Source of the DNA: Azolla caroliniana
Lineage: Eukaryota; Plantae; Polypodiophyta
Length of the DNA stretch: 64,000 bases
NCBI GenBank assembly: GCA_043228905.1
Contig: JBHGNT010000008.1
Span: forward strand, 15,500,001 to 15,564,000
Direction of reading: 5' to 3'
Below, piece after piece: positions 60,051 through 64,000 of the stretch (positions are counted from its first letter, which is position 1; every line of letters starts with the position of its first letter). Position numbers and translations under genes: made by a program. The notes beneath the pieces were generated by a model that did no database searches, was not told where the DNA came from, and saw nothing but the letters and a program-made list of their open reading frames with translations.

Positions 60051-63000
60051 TAACAGTCACATCATGCATCGAAAGGATCATGACACTCACATTATGACTC
60101 GAAAGGATTTGAACCCACGACCTTGTTGTACACATGTCAAATCCTTAACCATTGTATTAATATTCTTATATGTATAGTCTCTAGAATATGAAATCTAATA
60201 TCATAGGAATATTCTATATTACTCTACATTCTAGAATGACCTAGAATATTCTAGAGTGTTCTATACCACTAGAACCTTCTAGAATACTCTAGAGATCTTC
60301 TAGATTACTCTACATTCTAGGATAACCTAGAATATTCTAGAGAGTTCTCTATTACTTATAAATAGGGATCTACCACCCATCCCAAACCTAAATTGGTTCA
60401 ACGCCATTTTGTAGCCTACTCTTTGTAATCCATTTTACGCTTCAATATAATAATTCTCTTTCAATTATCTCTCTATCTCTTTTTCTCTCTCTTTCTCTCT
60501 CTCAGTCTTGACAACATCAACAGAGCAGCAACAACAATAACAACAACAACCAATTCCAGATGAACCATTGGAGCCTCTCGAACAAAGCATTCTGGATATT
60601 TTGGACGAAGAATAGCAAGGGTTGGTGGTGGATTCAACGTACAAGGTACTGTACCACGGGCGTGCCATGTGTTACCGGCCGGCAAAGGAGTCCAGAGTGG
60701 GAAACGGAGAGTTATTTAAGTAGTAGGAATGTGGTTGTAATTAAGCTATGAGTGTGGACAGACGGACCGGAATCAGTATGCCGTTCCGGATCCGGACCGA
60801 TCCCGAACAGGTGCGGATGGCACCATTTTGTAATACAGACCGGAAACCTATTTAAAGGCCCGGATACAATGTAATCAATAGCGGTTAATTAATAGAAGCT
60901 TAGCGTTGTTATCTCTCTGTGTTAATTGTCGTTCTGTCTTAATTGTTATATTTTACGCGTGTAATTATGAAAGACGATCATGCTAAGTAACTTAATTAAG
61001 TCGGATTAAGCGTTGAGTCTAATCCGGTTGCCGTAACACCCTTTGGTGAAGTGTCTTCCGTAGACACCCTGTGTTACGCCATTGTCCGGCCCGAAGAGTT
61101 AACAAAATATGGACCGGCAGTAAGCCAAATTATGCCAAGCTGAGGATCTTCGGCTACGAGGCGTATGCCCTCATACCGAAAGACAACTGCCAGAAACTCA
61201 AACCAAGATCAAGGAAATGCGTTTTCCTTGTATATGGACCTGACGGCGAGATCAGATACCGACTCTGGGACCCCGAGCACAGACAAATCGTCCGAAGTTC
61301 GGACGTCATGTTCAACGAGTTGGCTATGCATAAAACGGCCGAAAGGCCTATTGAAGTCCGAAGGGTAATATTTTCCGAAGTGCCAACCCTTCACGAAGGC
61401 CCAGCCCACAACACGAGATCAGTTTCATGGGTAACCGACACCTCCCATCCTAAATCCACCGATTCAGCACAGCCGAATGGTTCGACTTCCGACCATCCGA
61501 CACCTATACCCAGTGCGACCAGTTCAGTCATACCTTGAAGATCTGAGAGACTGTCGCAACCTCCGGAAAGGTACTCTCCCGGAATTTTCTTTACTGACGT
61601 CGGCGAACCGACGTCTTACGAAGAAGCATCGGCATCTGCCGACTCGGCCACATGGCATCTGGCGATGGAGTCGAAAATGCACTCCATTCGCGCAAACAAG
61701 ACTTGGGACTTGGTCAACTTACCGAAGAATCAACGTGCTCTTCCGTGTAATTGGGTCTATCGACTAAAAGAGACGTCTGACTCGACTAACCCAAAGTACA
61801 AGGCCAGATTAGTTGCGAAGAGATTTCAACAAGAATATGGCGTCGACTTCGACGAAATCTTTTCACCAGTGGTGAAAATAACAACCCTTCGTTTCATGCT
61901 CGGCGTCGTGGCCACCGACAACTTGGAGCTGATTCTGCTAGATGTAAAAATGGTATTCCTCCACGGTGACCTACAAGAGGAAACCTATATGAAGCAGCCA
62001 AAAGGCTTTGTGGCATCCGGCCAGGAACATCTAGTCTGCCGACTCAAAAAGAGTTTATACGGCCTGAAACAGGCATCCCGACAATGGTACAAGAAGTTCA
62101 ACAACTTCATCCAGTCGGTTAGCTTCTCCAGGAGCAATGAGGACCACTGTCACTTCACCAAAACAGCTCAAGACGGGTCTCCCATCTTCCTCATCATTTA
62201 CGTGGACGACATGCTACTCTCCGGCCGACATGCTGGAGAGCTCACCAAACTCGTTCAGAAACTGCGGTTGAAGTTTGCCATGAAGGACCTCGGTCCGGCA
62301 AGACACATACTTGGTATGAAGATTAGTCGGCATCGCGATAAACAACAACTCTTCTTGTTTTAAACCGACTACATCAGACGTGTCTTGGAACGCTTCAACA
62401 TGCACTCGGCCAAGTTTGTTTCGACCCCGCTCCCTATTAACCTTCGGTTGTCTCAGCGAGACTGCCCGACATCTAGTCCGGAGGGGGAAGATATGAAGTC
62501 GGTACCATATGCACCGGCAATCGGCTCCCTTATGTACGCGATGGTCGCGACACGGCCTGCCTGATATTTCTTATGCCATAGGAGTCGTCAGCAGATTCAT
62601 GCACAACCCAGGCCGATCGCACTGGAACACAGTCAAGCATGTGTTCAGATATCTAGCTGGCACAAAAGACCACGACATTCTTTTTGGCCCGAACTCAACC
62701 TCAGGCGTAGTCGGTTACACCGACTCGGACTTCACTGGCTGCATGGACAATCAGAAATCAACAACCGGATATTGTTTCAAATTCGGCAATGGAGCAATCT
62801 CGTGGAAGTCGAAACTTTAGGAGTGCACACCCACCTCAACGACCAAAGCGGAATACGTAGCTGCGTCCGACGCGACAAAAGAAGCTTAATGGTTCGGTCG
62901 GTTGGCGCACACATTTCGACAAGTCGACTTCGACTCGGCTCTAGTTGTCTACAACGACAGTCAGGGTGTTGTTGTTTTGTCAAAAAATCTGGTTCACCAC

Positions 63001-64000
63001 AACACCTCCAAGCATATTGACGTTCAATATCACTTTGTTCGGGACTGCGTCATTTCAGGGAAAATCGGTCTCGAGAAGATATCCACAACCGATAATGTCG
63101 TAGATGGAATGACCAAGTATCTTTCGACGGATCACTTCCGGTCCCTTCGGCACCAAATGGGCATAACGAAAAATCGATCCGGTTAAAGTTGGATACACAG
63201 CACAGGATGGTTTCGAACAACCGACATCTATTCTTTGAGGATCGGCTTTAGCTCTTCCGACCCGACCGGTTCAGTCTTCTGTCTTCAGATCTTGCCTACT
63301 CAAACAAAACCGATCTGTCCGATAAACCTTGTATATACCTGTAATTTCAGATAACCCATGTATACGCCCATTATAGGGGAGTGTCGAATATGAGTGTATA
63401 ATGGCCGTATTCACACTGTCCCTTTGGACAGCCCAAGTTTGGGCTATTTCTGTAAATAGCATAAAGGGAAGTTGCCCTAGGATAGTCACTATATAAAGTG
63501 ACTTTGTAACCTTTAGTGGGGGGTTGTTGTCATTTTTAACTGTTGCTATTAAGAAATAAGACGTTTCTTTGTGCCTATCTCTCTCCCTCTCTCTCTGTGT
63601 ATCTTGTTCATTCTCATACACAGGTCCTTCAACATCACAGATGTTGTTTGTTCTTCCGCACTGACGACCTTGTCCCCAACATTTACCCACTAGGTCATTT
63701 AGATTATATGATAATAATTCATGTCATTATTAAGAGATGTATGCATACAACATTATAGAACATTCTAGATCATTCTGGATTGCTGCACAAATAAATGATG
63801 TAGCTTTTCGCTTGGATCTACCTTCCCATATGCGTCTTCACCCAGTCTTTCATTGTTCACTTCTTGAGCCTTGTGCTACTACCACTATTCCACATCGTAT
63901 TGTGCCACCTCCACCTGTCGTTCAACTCACTGATGGCCCGGAATATGAGGTTGCCGCTATCCTTGATTCCAAGATCATCCGCAATAAGGTATATTACTTG

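Larger units (their letters stand above)
54729..60513 (+). mobile_element. Young intact Tcn1-like chromovirus (Ty3/Gypsy), 471-bp LTRs (54729-55199, 60043-60513), TSD ACATC
   Basis: LTRs differ at one position by eye. PPT GAAGAAGGGGGATAG. Uninterrupted gag and pol. Confidence 0.97.
45967..61104 (+). mobile_element. Gypsy family A element E with 435-bp LTRs (45967-46401, 60670-61104), TSD AAATA
   Basis: PBS at 46409-46418. gag-pol ~46454-51683 with stops and two internal deletions (~49563 in RT, ~50072 in RNase H). Downstream accessory ORF. About 10 LTR differences by eye. Confidence 0.95.
44081..63681 (+). mobile_element. Ty1/Copia element D with 300-bp LTRs (44081-44380, 63382-63681), TSD CTTAC/TTTAC
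   Basis: CNYCKKPGH, WLLDSGTSYH, VHSDVCGP, RT YVDDML, RNase H SKHIDVQYHFVRD. PPT ATAGGGGAG. LTRs differ at about 12/300 positions by eye. Confidence 0.92.
44014..64000 (+). mobile_element. Older Tcn1-like chromovirus derivative (LTR start 44014-44080 plus 63687-~63775, then pol C-terminus)
   Basis: Begins TGTCATGAT, like the LTR at 54729. After the Copia insertion it resumes with TAGAACATTCTAGA motifs, then INDVAFRLDLP..HPVFH...EYEVAAILDSK (chromodomain). Confidence 0.7.

Overview
This is a repeat-dense plant genomic window. The retroelement families (Tcn1-like chromovirus, fungal-like Gypsy) suggest a non-seed plant such as a fern, which is inference. Only one intact host gene is visible: a 3-exon class II (COMT-like) O-methyltransferase at 19488-21046. 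Most of the rest is nested LTR retrotransposons (Ty3/Gypsy, Ty1/Copia, solo LTRs), including a five-level stack at ~40-64 kb. The innermost element is a near-intact chromovirus with a self-priming site and a -1 frameshift pseudoknot. The most unusual element is a DNA transposon present in two degenerate copies (~7.8-14.1 kb and 33462-39630) with 37-bp TIRs. It carries two divergent genes: a Sola-like DDD transposase with a BAH-like C-terminus, and a spliced gene with a ParB/Sulfiredoxin-like motif pattern. The first intron of the ParB-like gene holds an array of 27-bp palindromes at a 51-bp period, a ParB/parS-like arrangement inside a eukaryotic transposon. All domain calls are by-eye motif recognition; no searches were run.
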